A stretch of 64,000 nt of DNA, from contig NCHB01000010.1 of NCBI GenBank assembly GCA_002281755.1, positions 6,644 through 70,643 on the forward strand. Direction: 5' to 3'. Both the position numbers and the translations under genes were made by a program. The notes under the pieces are model-generated. The model did not search any database. It saw only the letters and a list, made by a program, of their open reading frames with translations, and was not told the DNA's origin. The stretch comes from Sulfurovum sp. 16-42-52. Its GTDB lineage: Bacteria; Campylobacterota; Campylobacteria; Campylobacterales; Sulfurovaceae. Below, in pieces: positions 55,125 through 64,000 of this stretch; position 1 is the first letter of the stretch; every line of letters begins with the position of its first letter.

Positions 55125-57002
55125 ATGAGTGTTAAGATTGAGACTGTGATAGATTCGATGAGTAAATACGCAGGTGCAATGGCGGCGTTTTTGGTGGTGC
55201 TTCTTTCCCTGCTCGTATTTTATGATGCCGCAGCGCGTTATCTGTTTGGTTCGGGGTCTATAGCGCTGCAGGAGATAGAGTGGCATCTGTTTGATGCGGT
55301 TTTTTTGCTGGGGTTTAGTTATGCACTCAAACATGACAAACATGTCAGGGTAGATATCTTTTTTGAGCACTATAGCAAAGAGACAAAAGCTGTTGTGCAG
55401 ATACTTTCGATGCTGTTGTTGGTTATCCCTTTTTCAGCGGTGTTTTTGTCAGATGCTTGGGGTATGTTTTGGCAGAGTTATGTGCAACAGGAGATCTCAA
55501 GTGACCCGGGCGGACTCTCACACCGCTACATCATCAAGGGTGTTTTGGTGTTGGCGTTTGTGTTGCTCGTGTTGCAGGCACTGAGCGAAGTGCTCAAAGC
55601 GTATCATAAACTGGAGAGTAAAAAGCGTTTGGCTAAAGCTTTAAGTGCTTCTGTGTTACTGGTGGGCACTGTTTTTGCAGCTCATTATGCGGATGTGGCA
55701 TTTTGGATAGAACCGGTGTGGTTGATGTTTATCCTCTCTTTGGTGCTACTCTTGGCAGGCTTTCAGGTGGCGTTTGTGTTTGGTGCATCGGGACTGCTTT
55801 TTGCATTTATCTCTGATGAAGTCGGGCTGCACACTTTGGAGATGCTTCCTTTTAGAACCTACGGCATCATGGAAAATGCCACTTTGATGGCAGTACCGCT
55901 TTTTGTCTTCATGGGGCTTGTGTTGGAGCGTTCAAAGATGGCAGAAGATTTGCTGCTTTCCATGGGGAAACTCTTTGGTTCGGTACGAGGCGGTTTGGCT
56001 ATCTCTGTGGTGATAGTGGGTGCGATACTAGCCGCCAGTACGGGCATCGTGGGTGCATCAGTGGTGATGATGAGTCTCATCGCGCTGCCTTTGATGCTCA
56101 AACACAACTACAGTCCTGCTTTGGCTTCGGGAGCGATCACTGCAAGCGGTACGCTGGGGCAGATCATACCGCCATCGGTGATACTCATCATCTTGGGTGA
56201 TCAGATGCATCTCTCTGTGGGAGACTTGTTTCGTGCGGCGGTAGTACCAGGGTTGCTCCTGGTTGTGCTGTATATCGTCTATATCTTGTTTGCCTCACTC
56301 CTGAACAAAGAGCTTGCCCCTGCTATCGTGTTGGATGAACCCTATGCACAGATACTCAAAACTGCGCTGAGGGAGATCATCCCCGTGTCGCTGCTTATCG
56401 CTGTGGTACTGGGCAGCATCTTTGCAGGCATCGCTTCGCCTTCTGAGTCTGCTGCCATCGGTGTGTTGGGTGCAGTGGCGCTTGCTGCAAGCAAAGGCAG
56501 TTTTTCGTACGAGCTGCTTCGCTATGCAGCCATAGAGACGGTGAAACTAAGTGCCATGGTGTTTATGATACTCATCGGTGCAACAGCTTTTTCACTGGTG
56601 TTTAATGAACTGGGAGGACAAGAGATGGCGGTGCAGTTTTTTGCCCAAGACATGAATGATAAATGGATGTTCATATTTATTGCTATGATTGTCATTTTTA
56701 CCTTAGGGTTTTTTATTGACTTCATAGAGATAGCCTTTGTGGTAGTGCCTATCTTGGTACCCATCGTGGCATTGCTAGGCATTGATCCTGTGTGGTTTGC
56801 CATACTCATCGCTGTGAACCTGCAAGCCTCATTTCTGACACCACCCTTTGGGTTTGCACTCTTTTATCTCAAAGGTGCAGCAGGGGACAAGGTGAGTACC
56901 GCTGCTATCTACAAAGGGGTCGTGCCGTTTATTGTGTTGCAGATTATAGCCTTGTTACTTATCATCCTTTTTCCTGATTTGATTTATCTTTTTGGCAGAT
57001 AG
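55125..57002 (+). CDS. TRAP transporter fused small + large permease (DctQ-DctM)
   Basis: N-terminal DctQ (EIEWHLF, HVRVDIF); C-terminal DctM (AVPLFVFMG, GTLGQIIPPS, LTPPFG). Confidence 0.9.
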   Translation: MSVKIETVIDSMSKYAGAMAAFLVVLLSLLVFYDAAARYLFGSGSIALQEIEWHLFDAVFLLGFSYALKHDKHVRVDIFFEHYSKETKAVVQILSMLLLVIPFSAVFLSDAWGMFWQSYVQQEISSDPGGLSHRYIIKGVLVLAFVLLVLQALSEVLKAYHKLESKKRLAKALSASVLLVGTVFAAHYADVAFWIEPVWLMFILSLVLLLAGFQVAFVFGASGLLFAFISDEVGLHTLEMLPFRTYGIMENATLMAVPLFVFMGLVLERSKMAEDLLLSMGKLFGSVRGGLAISVVIVGAILAASTGIVGASVVMMSLIALPLMLKHNYSPALASGAITASGTLGQIIPPSVILIILGDQMHLSVGDLFRAAVVPGLLLVVLYIVYILFASLLNKELAPAIVLDEPYAQILKTALREIIPVSLLIAVVLGSIFAGIASPSESAAIGVLGAVALAASKGSFSYELLRYAAIETVKLSAMVFMILIGATAFSLVFNELGGQEMAVQFFAQDMNDKWMFIFIAMIVIFTLGFFIDFIEIAFVVVPILVPIVALLGIDPVWFAILIAVNLQASFLTPPFGFALFYLKGAAGDKVSTAAIYKGVVPFIVLQIIALLLIILFPDLIYLFGR

Positions 57003-57023
57003 AGGTTTTTGTTTTGAAGGACA

Positions 57024-59396
57024 TTGGGTTATACTTCACGAACAAATGGTAAAGGTGCACACGCGGTGATACAAAAATATCCAAATCTACGTTTAGTTGT
57101 GATTGCAGGGATGATTGCTCTGGTATGGATTTGCATCTCTTGTATGACTATTAGCACACGGGTTCATACTTTGACGTCACAAAAATATGATGAAGCCTCC
57201 ACTGAAATGAAAAATTTCCTTGAAGTGTTCATAGATGAAAAACAGGAAACCGTCTCACTGATTTCTTTGATCCTCTCCCATGATTTGCAGATTCAAAAAG
57301 CACTGTTGACCCAAAATGGCGAGGGGTTAGAACTGCAACGCTATGTTGAGCAGTTTAAAGGTAATGCTTTTTTGCAAAATGTCTGGATACAGGTTATCAC
57401 CCCTGAGGGGAAAAGTCTTTATCGCAGTTGGACAGATAAAAAAGGTGATGATCTTGCTGCAGTGAGACTTGATGTGGCGCAGATGCTTAAAGAGCCAAAG
57501 CCTTTTAACGCCATTAGTATCGGAAAATTTGATCTGACATCTAAGAGTATGATACCTTTGTACCATGAAGGCAAATTTATAGGGATAGTCGAGACCATTT
57601 CTAAGTTTACTTCCATTGCTTTAAAAACGAAGGAGAAAGGGTTTGATACCCTTGTACTTGTAGATAAAGCATACAAAAAGCAACTCGAGTTTACTTATAG
57701 TGGCCATTTTGTCGGTGATTTTTATATGGCAAATACTACGGTTAAAAAAGAATTGGTGGATTTTGTAAAACAAAAAGGCGTCGAGTATTTTATCAATACT
57801 AAGGGCTACGCTCTGGCTGAAGAGATCAATCAGCTCATCACGGTCTTTAAACTAAACGACATTGCAGGCAAACCGATGAGTTATTTTTTGCTTTTTTATG
57901 ATTTGGAAGCCATTGATTTAAGCAGCGTAGAGCGATTACGGGATAAATTGATATTGATAGATATCATGATACTGTTGTTGCTGGTGGGCAGTTTTTACTA
58001 CCTGTATGTCAAACGCTACAGAAACTTCATAGACAAACTCAATACACAACTCGAATACGAAGTGACGCTCAAAACCATCGAGCTGGCAGAGCAGAATAAA
58101 AAACTGAACCATCTAGCCCATCATGATGTGCTCACCGCTCTGCCCAATAGACTGCTTTTTTTAGATCGTTTGGAGCAGAGTATCAAGCTGGCTAAAAGAC
58201 AGGGCACACAGGTGAGTATCTTGTTTTTGGATCTGGATCGTTTTAAAGAGATCAACGATACCTACGGTCATGAGGTAGGAGACAAACTGCTCATCGAGAT
58301 TACCCATAGACTTGAAGCGTGTGTAAGACAGTATGACACCATCGCAAGACTGGGAGGAGATGAATTTACCATTATCATAGAAGATTCTGAAAATGACAGA
58401 ATCGTGGAAATATTGGAAGAAGTTATAGAGCAGATGAAAGAGCCTTTTATGATTAACGGTACGATGCTCTATTCGACATTCAGCATTGGCGTAAGCCGTT
58501 ATCCTGAAGATGGAGAGAGTACTGAGATACTGCTGCGCAATGCAGACACTGCCATGTATAAAGCCAAAGAGCATGGACGCAATACCTTTGCCTTTTACGA
58601 TGAAGCGATGTCTGCACAAGCCTTTAAACGCGTGGGCATGGAGACCGATTTAAGGGGTGCACTTCGCAATGGCGGATTTGAAGCGTATTATCAACCCAAA
58701 ATCAATGCACACAGCGGCAAAGTAGTAGGCATGGAAGCGCTCATTCGCTGGCATCATGAGAAACTGGGGCTTATCTCACCTGCTGAGTTTATCTCTTTGG
58801 CTGAAGAGATAGGACTCATCGAAAAAATCGATAAGTGGATGATGCAAGAAACGATGCAGACAGCTCTAGCATGGCAAAAAGAGGGGCTTAACATCGGTAA
58901 ACTTTCAGTCAATATCTCAGTTAATGAGATGGATGATCAGCATTTTGTAGCTTCAGTCAAAGAGATGCTTGAAAAGACGGGATTTGATCCCAAAGGGTTT
59001 GAACTGGAGATCACCGAAAGTCAGATCATGAAAAATCCGCACGCTGTCATTGGGATGCTTCATGAGCTTAGAGCATTGGGTGTGAGTATCGCGATTGATG
59101 ACTTTGGAACGGGTCACTCTTCGCTCTCTTTGCTGAAAAATATGCCGATAGATCAGCTCAAAATAGATAAAATTTTTATACAGGATGTCCCTCAAAATGA
59201 AGAGGATGTAGCCATCATCAAAGCCATCATCGTATTGGCGCAAAGTCTAAAACTCGAGCTCATCGCTGAAGGGGTAGAGACCAAAGAGCAGAAAGATTTT
59301 CTACTTGTAGCGGGATGTGAGACCATACAAGGGTATTATTATGCCAAACCGATGAGCGCTGAAGATTTCAGGGCATTTCTTCTTGAGCATTCTTAA
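57024..59396 (+). CDS. Membrane-bound diguanylate cyclase/phosphodiesterase (periplasmic sensor, GGDEF, EAL)
   Basis: Two TM segments; RQYD I-site with GGDEF; MEALIRW; DDFGTG. TTG start with GAAGGA RBS. Confidence 0.93.
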   Translation: MGYTSRTNGKGAHAVIQKYPNLRLVVIAGMIALVWICISCMTISTRVHTLTSQKYDEASTEMKNFLEVFIDEKQETVSLISLILSHDLQIQKALLTQNGEGLELQRYVEQFKGNAFLQNVWIQVITPEGKSLYRSWTDKKGDDLAAVRLDVAQMLKEPKPFNAISIGKFDLTSKSMIPLYHEGKFIGIVETISKFTSIALKTKEKGFDTLVLVDKAYKKQLEFTYSGHFVGDFYMANTTVKKELVDFVKQKGVEYFINTKGYALAEEINQLITVFKLNDIAGKPMSYFLLFYDLEAIDLSSVERLRDKLILIDIMILLLLVGSFYYLYVKRYRNFIDKLNTQLEYEVTLKTIELAEQNKKLNHLAHHDVLTALPNRLLFLDRLEQSIKLAKRQGTQVSILFLDLDRFKEINDTYGHEVGDKLLIEITHRLEACVRQYDTIARLGGDEFTIIIEDSENDRIVEILEEVIEQMKEPFMINGTMLYSTFSIGVSRYPEDGESTEILLRNADTAMYKAKEHGRNTFAFYDEAMSAQAFKRVGMETDLRGALRNGGFEAYYQPKINAHSGKVVGMEALIRWHHEKLGLISPAEFISLAEEIGLIEKIDKWMMQETMQTALAWQKEGLNIGKLSVNISVNEMDDQHFVASVKEMLEKTGFDPKGFELEITESQIMKNPHAVIGMLHELRALGVSIAIDDFGTGHSSLSLLKNMPIDQLKIDKIFIQDVPQNEEDVAIIKAIIVLAQSLKLELIAEGVETKEQKDFLLVAGCETIQGYYYAKPMSAEDFRAFLLEHS

Positions 59397-59408
59397 GAGG
59401 AAAGCGGG

Positions 59409-60101
59409 ATGAAAAAGAGTCTTAAACGCATCGATGCACACCTTTCTTCTCTTGGCTACTGTTCAAGAAGTGAAGCCAAACAGTTTCTTAAACGCTTTAA
59501 AGTCTGTGTGGATGGGGTGAGGGTTTTTGATGTGAGCAAAAAAGTACCGCATGATGTGGTGCGTATCGAAGGTGAACCTTTGGACCCTGAAGCGTTGCTT
59601 ATCCTGATGCATAAGCCCTCAGGGGTTATCTGTTCGCATGATGATGCAGGTGTGCTCATCTACAGCCTCTTGCCTGAACGTTTTGGGCGCAGAAACCCTA
59701 AACTCTCTACGGTTGGAAGACTTGATGCCGATACCACCGGAGCGATACTCCTCACCGATAACGGTACACTCAACCACCAGCTCAGCAGTCCCAAAAGTGA
59801 TGTCACCAAGGTTTATGAGGTTACGCTCGCACAAGCCCTCAGAGGGGATGAAGCAGCACTTTTTGCTTCAGGTACCTTGATGCTTAATGGGGAGAGTAAA
59901 CCCTTACAGCCGGCACACATGGAAGTAATGAGTAGCACACAGGTGAGACTGGAGATATCTGAAGGCAGATACCATCAAGTCAAGCGTATGTTTGGTGCTG
60001 TAGGTAACAAAGTTGTGGCGTTGCACCGCGTACGTTTTGGTGTCTATGATGTTGAAGATTTGGGGTTAGGGGAGTACAGGGTTTTGGATTTTGGGGTATA
60101 A
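59409..60101 (+). CDS. rsuA: 16S rRNA pseudouridine synthase RsuA-like
   Basis: S4-like N-terminus, VGRLDADTTG, EGRYHQVKRMF. Confidence 0.88.
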   Translation: MKKSLKRIDAHLSSLGYCSRSEAKQFLKRFKVCVDGVRVFDVSKKVPHDVVRIEGEPLDPEALLILMHKPSGVICSHDDAGVLIYSLLPERFGRRNPKLSTVGRLDADTTGAILLTDNGTLNHQLSSPKSDVTKVYEVTLAQALRGDEAALFASGTLMLNGESKPLQPAHMEVMSSTQVRLEISEGRYHQVKRMFGAVGNKVVALHRVRFGVYDVEDLGLGEYRVLDFGV

Positions 60102-60125
60102 TAATTAAAAGAGCCAAGGTGAGAA

Positions 60126-61124
60126 ATGAAAGCTAAAGAAGCGATAGTATGGTTACAGCAGCGTATGAATGAAGCTACCATAGGGCAGCAGCACATCGTA
60201 GACAGACTCATCATCGGGTTACTCGCTGATGGCAATGTACTGCTTGAAGGACTTCCGGGGCTTGCAAAGACACGTGTGGTACGTTCTATGGCTGAAGTGA
60301 TAGAGTCTAAGTTCTCACGCATACAGTTTACCCCTGATTTGAGTGCAGCAGATGTGATGGGGGAAGAGCGTTTGTTTCACGAAGACAATCAGCCTGTATA
60401 TCGCTTTCATGAAGGAGCTATATTTGGAAATATCATTTTGGCAGACGAGATCAACCGTGCCCCTGCCAAAGTACAGTCAGCGATGCTTGAAGCCATGGAG
60501 GAAAAGCAGGTTACCGTAGCAGGAGTGACCTATAAGCTCCCTAAACTGTTTATGGTTATGGCGACCCAAAACCCCATTGAACAAGAGGGTACTTTCCCGC
60601 TCTCTGAGGCACAAAAAGATCGTTTTTTGATGCATGTGCATGTGGGGTATGTGGACATGGAGTCAGAGTTTCAGATGGTAAAGATGGTGCAAGAAGAAAA
60701 ACGCCAAGAAAAACAACCCCATCCCAAGCTACCCCAGACACTCATCTTTGCTGCTCAAGATGAAGTGGCAAAGATGCCCGTCAGTGATGCATTGGGACAT
60801 TATATGATAGAGCTTGTTTTTTGTACCCGTTATCCTTTGCGCTACAGTAGACAGCTTGAAGTGATGATAGAGCTTGGGGTGAGTCCCAGAGCCTCTTTGG
60901 CTTTAAGCAAGTGTGCTAAAGCACATGCATGGCTCAAGGGTAAAACAGAGGTAGATATCGACGATGTGCACAGCGTCATCCACGATGTGTTTCGTCACCG
61001 TTTAACCCTGACCAAACATGCACTCATGAATGAAAGAACCAAAGACGGTATTGTAGATATTATATTGGCGCAAGTTCCTTTACCCAAAGGTACCCAAGAG
61101 ACTGAGGGTGAGAGTGTCAAATAA
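60126..61124 (+). CDS. MoxR-family AAA+ ATPase
   Basis: LEGLPGLAKT, RIQFTPDL, DEINRA, ATQNPIEQEGT, DRF. Confidence 0.94.
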   Translation: MKAKEAIVWLQQRMNEATIGQQHIVDRLIIGLLADGNVLLEGLPGLAKTRVVRSMAEVIESKFSRIQFTPDLSAADVMGEERLFHEDNQPVYRFHEGAIFGNIILADEINRAPAKVQSAMLEAMEEKQVTVAGVTYKLPKLFMVMATQNPIEQEGTFPLSEAQKDRFLMHVHVGYVDMESEFQMVKMVQEEKRQEKQPHPKLPQTLIFAAQDEVAKMPVSDALGHYMIELVFCTRYPLRYSRQLEVMIELGVSPRASLALSKCAKAHAWLKGKTEVDIDDVHSVIHDVFRHRLTLTKHALMNERTKDGIVDIILAQVPLPKGTQETEGESVK

Positions 61125-61128
61125 AGCC

Positions 61129-61353
61129 ATGGAAGAACAGATCAGGATCACCTTCACCCAAAGCACCATTGAGAGCCTTCAGGCATACTCCGAGCTACTG
61201 AACAAAGATATCAATACCATCCTGCACGAGGCATTGGAGCAGTATTTTGAAACCCAGCAGCAAAAGTTGATGCAGAAGAACCGTCAAGATGACAGTGCCA
61301 TGACCAATCTGGACTTTGATGAGTTCTGGGGTGATGTGGATTTGGACTCCTAA
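61129..61353 (+). CDS. Small RHH-like hypothetical protein
   Basis: IRITF strand then two helices (INTILHEALEQYF); acidic tail. Confidence 0.6.
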   Translation: MEEQIRITFTQSTIESLQAYSELLNKDINTILHEALEQYFETQQQKLMQKNRQDDSAMTNLDFDEFWGDVDLDS

Positions 61354-61354
61354 A

Positions 61355-61846
61355 ATGCAAAAATGGAATCTGAAATCACTCACCAAAGAGATTGTTTTAG
61401 GCTTGGTTTTAGTCTTTATAGTCACAAATATCATAAGCTATATCCGTAAACCAACTTTAGACTCTACACAGCTTCCACCCCTAGAAGTACAGCTCATTGA
61501 CGGCAGTCACTTCAGCGTACAAAAATCCAAACCGTTGCTCATACACTTTTGGGCAACATGGTGTCCCACCTGCAAGCTTGAAGCCGCCAATATAGAACGG
61601 GTATCCAAAAGTTATGAGGTGCTTACCATAGCGGTAAATTCAGGCTCAGAAGATGATATTGAAAAATATATGAAAGAAAATGCACTCAGTTTCAAGGTGC
61701 TGAGTGACCCAAACGGCATCTGGGCAAAAAAGTTTAAAGTGCAAGCCTACCCGACAACTTTTATCTATGATGAAAATGCAAAACTGAAGTTCACGGAAGT
61801 AGGCTACACGAGTACAGCAGGACTTCTGGCGCGTTTGGCGTTATAA
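61355..61846 (+). CDS. TlpA/ResA-like thiol-disulfide oxidoreductase
   Basis: N-terminal TM; HFWATWCPTC; YPTT; start moved to 61355. Confidence 0.9.
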   Translation: MQKWNLKSLTKEIVLGLVLVFIVTNIISYIRKPTLDSTQLPPLEVQLIDGSHFSVQKSKPLLIHFWATWCPTCKLEAANIERVSKSYEVLTIAVNSGSEDDIEKYMKENALSFKVLSDPNGIWAKKFKVQAYPTTFIYDENAKLKFTEVGYTSTAGLLARLAL

Positions 61847-61915
61847 GGGTGATGCAAAGAGCCAAACAGCTTCTGTGGTATAATCCCGTCAAGTTTTGTG
61901 CATAAAGGGGTGGTG

Positions 61916-62653
61916 ATGGATTTGTTATTGGTCGGTGTCGGGGTTGTAGTCGGGTTGTTTTCGGGGTTTTTCGGCATAGGTGGGGGTACGGTGTCTGTGC
62001 CTATCTTGCTGTATCTGGGGTTTGACATCAAACAAGCCATCGGTATCTCGGTGTTTCAGATGCTGGTGAGCTCGTATGTGGGCTATCTGATCCACCGTAA
62101 GCAGCAAACCTACGCCACAAGTGATATGAAATACTTCGGCTACGGTGGCATCGCAGGTGCGGTTTTGGGTGCGTATCTGGTCAAGATACTGGATGCCACA
62201 CTGTTGGAGTGGCTCTTTTTATCTCTCGTACTTTTTACGCTCATCAAACTATTTTTGTCCAATCCGACACCCAACAAAAATGAAATCGTTCATCATCCTA
62301 CCTATACATTCATCGGAGGGGGCATCGGGGTGTTTTCTGGGATGCTCGGGGTGGGAGGGTCTATCTTGATGACACCTATTTTGGTCAGTTTTTTAGGCTT
62401 TCCACTCAAAAAAGCTTCAGCGGTAGGGCTGTATTTTGTGATGTTTAGCTCCATCGCTTCTTTTGTGACACTTGCCTATCTGGGCATGATAGACTTCAAA
62501 TCCGGAGCACTGATGGCTGTAGGTTCAGTTGCAGGTATTTTTATAGGTATTGCGCTGATGAACAAGATGCATATTACTTACTATAAACAGATGCTGGTGG
62601 TGTTTTATGTCATTATCTTTGCTGCAACGGCAAAGAAGTTGATTTGGGGGTAG
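61916..62653 (+). CDS. TauE/SafE-family (TSUP) exporter
   Basis: GFFGIGGG and GMLGVGG repeats; TGgTATAAT promoter upstream. Confidence 0.88.
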   Translation: MDLLLVGVGVVVGLFSGFFGIGGGTVSVPILLYLGFDIKQAIGISVFQMLVSSYVGYLIHRKQQTYATSDMKYFGYGGIAGAVLGAYLVKILDATLLEWLFLSLVLFTLIKLFLSNPTPNKNEIVHHPTYTFIGGGIGVFSGMLGVGGSILMTPILVSFLGFPLKKASAVGLYFVMFSSIASFVTLAYLGMIDFKSGALMAVGSVAGIFIGIALMNKMHITYYKQMLVVFYVIIFAATAKKLIWG

Positions 62654-62654
62654 T

Positions 62655-63065
62655 TTATCGCAGTAAATTATTTAGATTTTGTTTTTTAAGTGTTCTGTAG
62701 ATATCAAAGTCACTATCGATACTGATGATATTTTTTATCTTTTCTTTGTTGGCGATATACATGAGTGTACCATCTGCTAAATCCATAGGGATGTCACTGT
62801 ATTTTTGCATCATTTCTCGAATTTCAGATAACTCTTCCTGTGTTATCTCATAAAGCGTTAAACCACCGCGTTCACACCATGTTAAAAAGTCGATTTGAAC
62901 CTGCAGATTAAAATCAAGCATATGCGATACTTCGGTAATTACAGACCATGAACAGAGTAGTTGACCTTTGAAAGTTTTCATAAATGCCAAAACCTTTTCA
63001 TGATATTTGTCACTTCTATCAAAAAGTGCGATGAGTGGACCACTATCAATGAGCGTTTTTTGCAT
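62655..63065 (-). CDS. vapC: PIN-domain (VapC) toxin
   Basis: LIDSG, VITE, MDLAD, SIDSDF acidic PIN residues. Confidence 0.9.
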   Translation of the reverse strand: MQKTLIDSGPLIALFDRSDKYHEKVLAFMKTFKGQLLCSWSVITEVSHMLDFNLQVQIDFLTWCERGGLTLYEITQEELSEIREMMQKYSDIPMDLADGTLMYIANKEKIKNIISIDSDFDIYRTLKKQNLNNLLR

Positions 63066-63303
63066 TTATTTTTTCTTTTAGTTTTTGTTTGTAGGTAGAA
63101 GATAAATTATCTGTCCCACTTTCATATTTACCAAAAAGGTCGCTACCCAATTCATAACACGACTTTTGTTGTGAATCTTCTTTAAGTGCATTAAAATAAT
63201 ACACCAAGGCATCTTTAATGATTTTACTTTTTGGGATCTGTTTATTTTGTGCTAAACGTTTAATCTGATTTTCCATGCTTGTATCGAGTCTTACCGATAG
63301 CAT
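63046..63303 (-). CDS. RHH (CopG-type) antitoxin
   Basis: MLSVRLD...PKSKIIKDAL; overlaps the toxin start. Confidence 0.85.
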   Translation of the reverse strand: MLSVRLDTSMENQIKRLAQNKQIPKSKIIKDALVYYFNALKEDSQQKSCYELGSDLFGKYESGTDNLSSTYKQKLKEKINAKNAH

Positions 63304-63319
63304 AATGTTACTCCTTTAA

Positions 63320-63345
63320 AATTGTATGACATATTGTATCACAAT
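63320..63345 (-). promoter_or_regulatory. vapBC promoter/operator
   Basis: Minus strand reads tgTGaTACAATatgtcatacaat: extended -10 overlapping two GTnATACAA boxes. Confidence 0.55.
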
Positions 63346-63402
63346 TGCCGATAAATTAAGCATCCTTGTAACCAATTTATGTTCATTTTGCGCTATACTC
63401 GC

Positions 63403-63894
63403 ATGATGATAAAAGTACTCATTTTAACCGTATATTTGGCAGGGACACTGCTTTTTGCTTCTGAAATCAAAACAGCCGCACCCTTGTCGTATGATGCATC
63501 GGTGTCACTCTTAAAAAGCATTGACAATGAAGCCATCCTGCTTGGAAGCGGGAAAAAGCAGTTGTACGTGTTTCTTGATCCGCTATGTCTGCATTCACGC
63601 AAGTTTATCTCCATGGTCTCCAAAAACCCTAAGATGCTTTCAAAATACCGATACCATCTTTTTCTCTACAGCATTGCTCGACTCAAATCTGAGGAAGTCG
63701 TTGCTGCGATTTACGCCTCAAAAAACCCTTTGCCCAGACTTTTAGAGATCATGACAACAGACAAAATCTACCGCGAGAAAGCCAACAGTATGACGCAGTC
63801 AAAAGTAGATGCCATTGCTTTGGTCGGACAGAAGATGGAGGTACGTAAACGACCGTATATATTTGTAGTAAGAACTGAGGAAAAAGGAGAGTAG
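63403..63894 (+). CDS. Exported thioredoxin-fold protein, DsbC/DsbG-like with CxxS
   Basis: Signal peptide; LYVFLDPLCLHSRKF; C-terminal RPYIF. Confidence 0.7.
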   Translation: MMIKVLILTVYLAGTLLFASEIKTAAPLSYDASVSLLKSIDNEAILLGSGKKQLYVFLDPLCLHSRKFISMVSKNPKMLSKYRYHLFLYSIARLKSEEVVAAIYASKNPLPRLLEIMTTDKIYREKANSMTQSKVDAIALVGQKMEVRKRPYIFVVRTEEKGE

Positions 63895-64000
63895 ATGATG
63901 TATTATCATACACCACAGATGAAGAATTATTTGGATGGTGTTCTCAAGTATCGTTTGAGTATTATCGTGTTTTATTTTTTGATAGTTCTTTTGATGGCTG
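63895..64000 (+). CDS. Membrane protein, 5' part only (truncated by window)
   Basis: AGGAG RBS; MMYYHTPQMKNYLDGVLKYRLSIIVFYFLIVLLMA hydrophobic start. Confidence 0.6.
   Translation, partial: MMYYHTPQMKNYLDGVLKYRLSIIVFYFLIVLLMA

Noticed and set aside
57024-59396. GGDEF-EAL protein as a novel system
   Set aside because: The architecture is common and the motifs are intact; nothing ties it specifically to its neighbours.
1-64000. CRISPR arrays, IS elements, prophage, reverse transcriptase, rRNA
   Set aside because: No spaced direct repeats or matching protein motifs were found by eye; intergenic gaps are all short.

Overview
This is a gene-dense chromosomal window, most likely from a Sulfurovum-like Campylobacterota (Epsilonproteobacteria). 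The assignment is inferred from the murJ-cysS linkage, the Helicobacter-type porGDAB, the hydrolase-murF pair and the TGnTATAAT promoters. The left part holds housekeeping genes (cysS partial, murJ, corA-like, aroK, slyD, ruvA, murF), a single-chain Type IIG-like restriction-modification gene with an AT-rich internal segment, and peptidoglycan-remodelling genes. It also has two reductive-TCA-type carboxylase loci, each next to a putative inorganic-carbon transporter (sulP-porGDAB and icd-sbtA-sbtB). A relBE module and tRNA-Pro(GGG) follow. The centre (30.4-54.9 kb) is a ~24.5 kb glycogen and Entner-Doudoroff cluster: NTP-transferase/pseudo-phosphomutase fusion, two GH57, GalT-like, two glgA, glgB, a brnT remnant with intact brnA, pgm, a phosphorylase-kinase-like GH15, glk, zwf, pgl, edd, eda and pgi. 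It has no recognisable glgC, glgP, glgX or GH77 malQ, and is the best candidate for an under-described system. The right part has a fused TRAP DctQM, a GGDEF-EAL protein, RsuA, MoxR, a TlpA-like protein, TauE, a vapBC module and a CxxS thioredoxin-fold protein. No CRISPR array, integrase, transposase or rRNA was seen. All family calls come from motifs recognised by eye; no database search was run.
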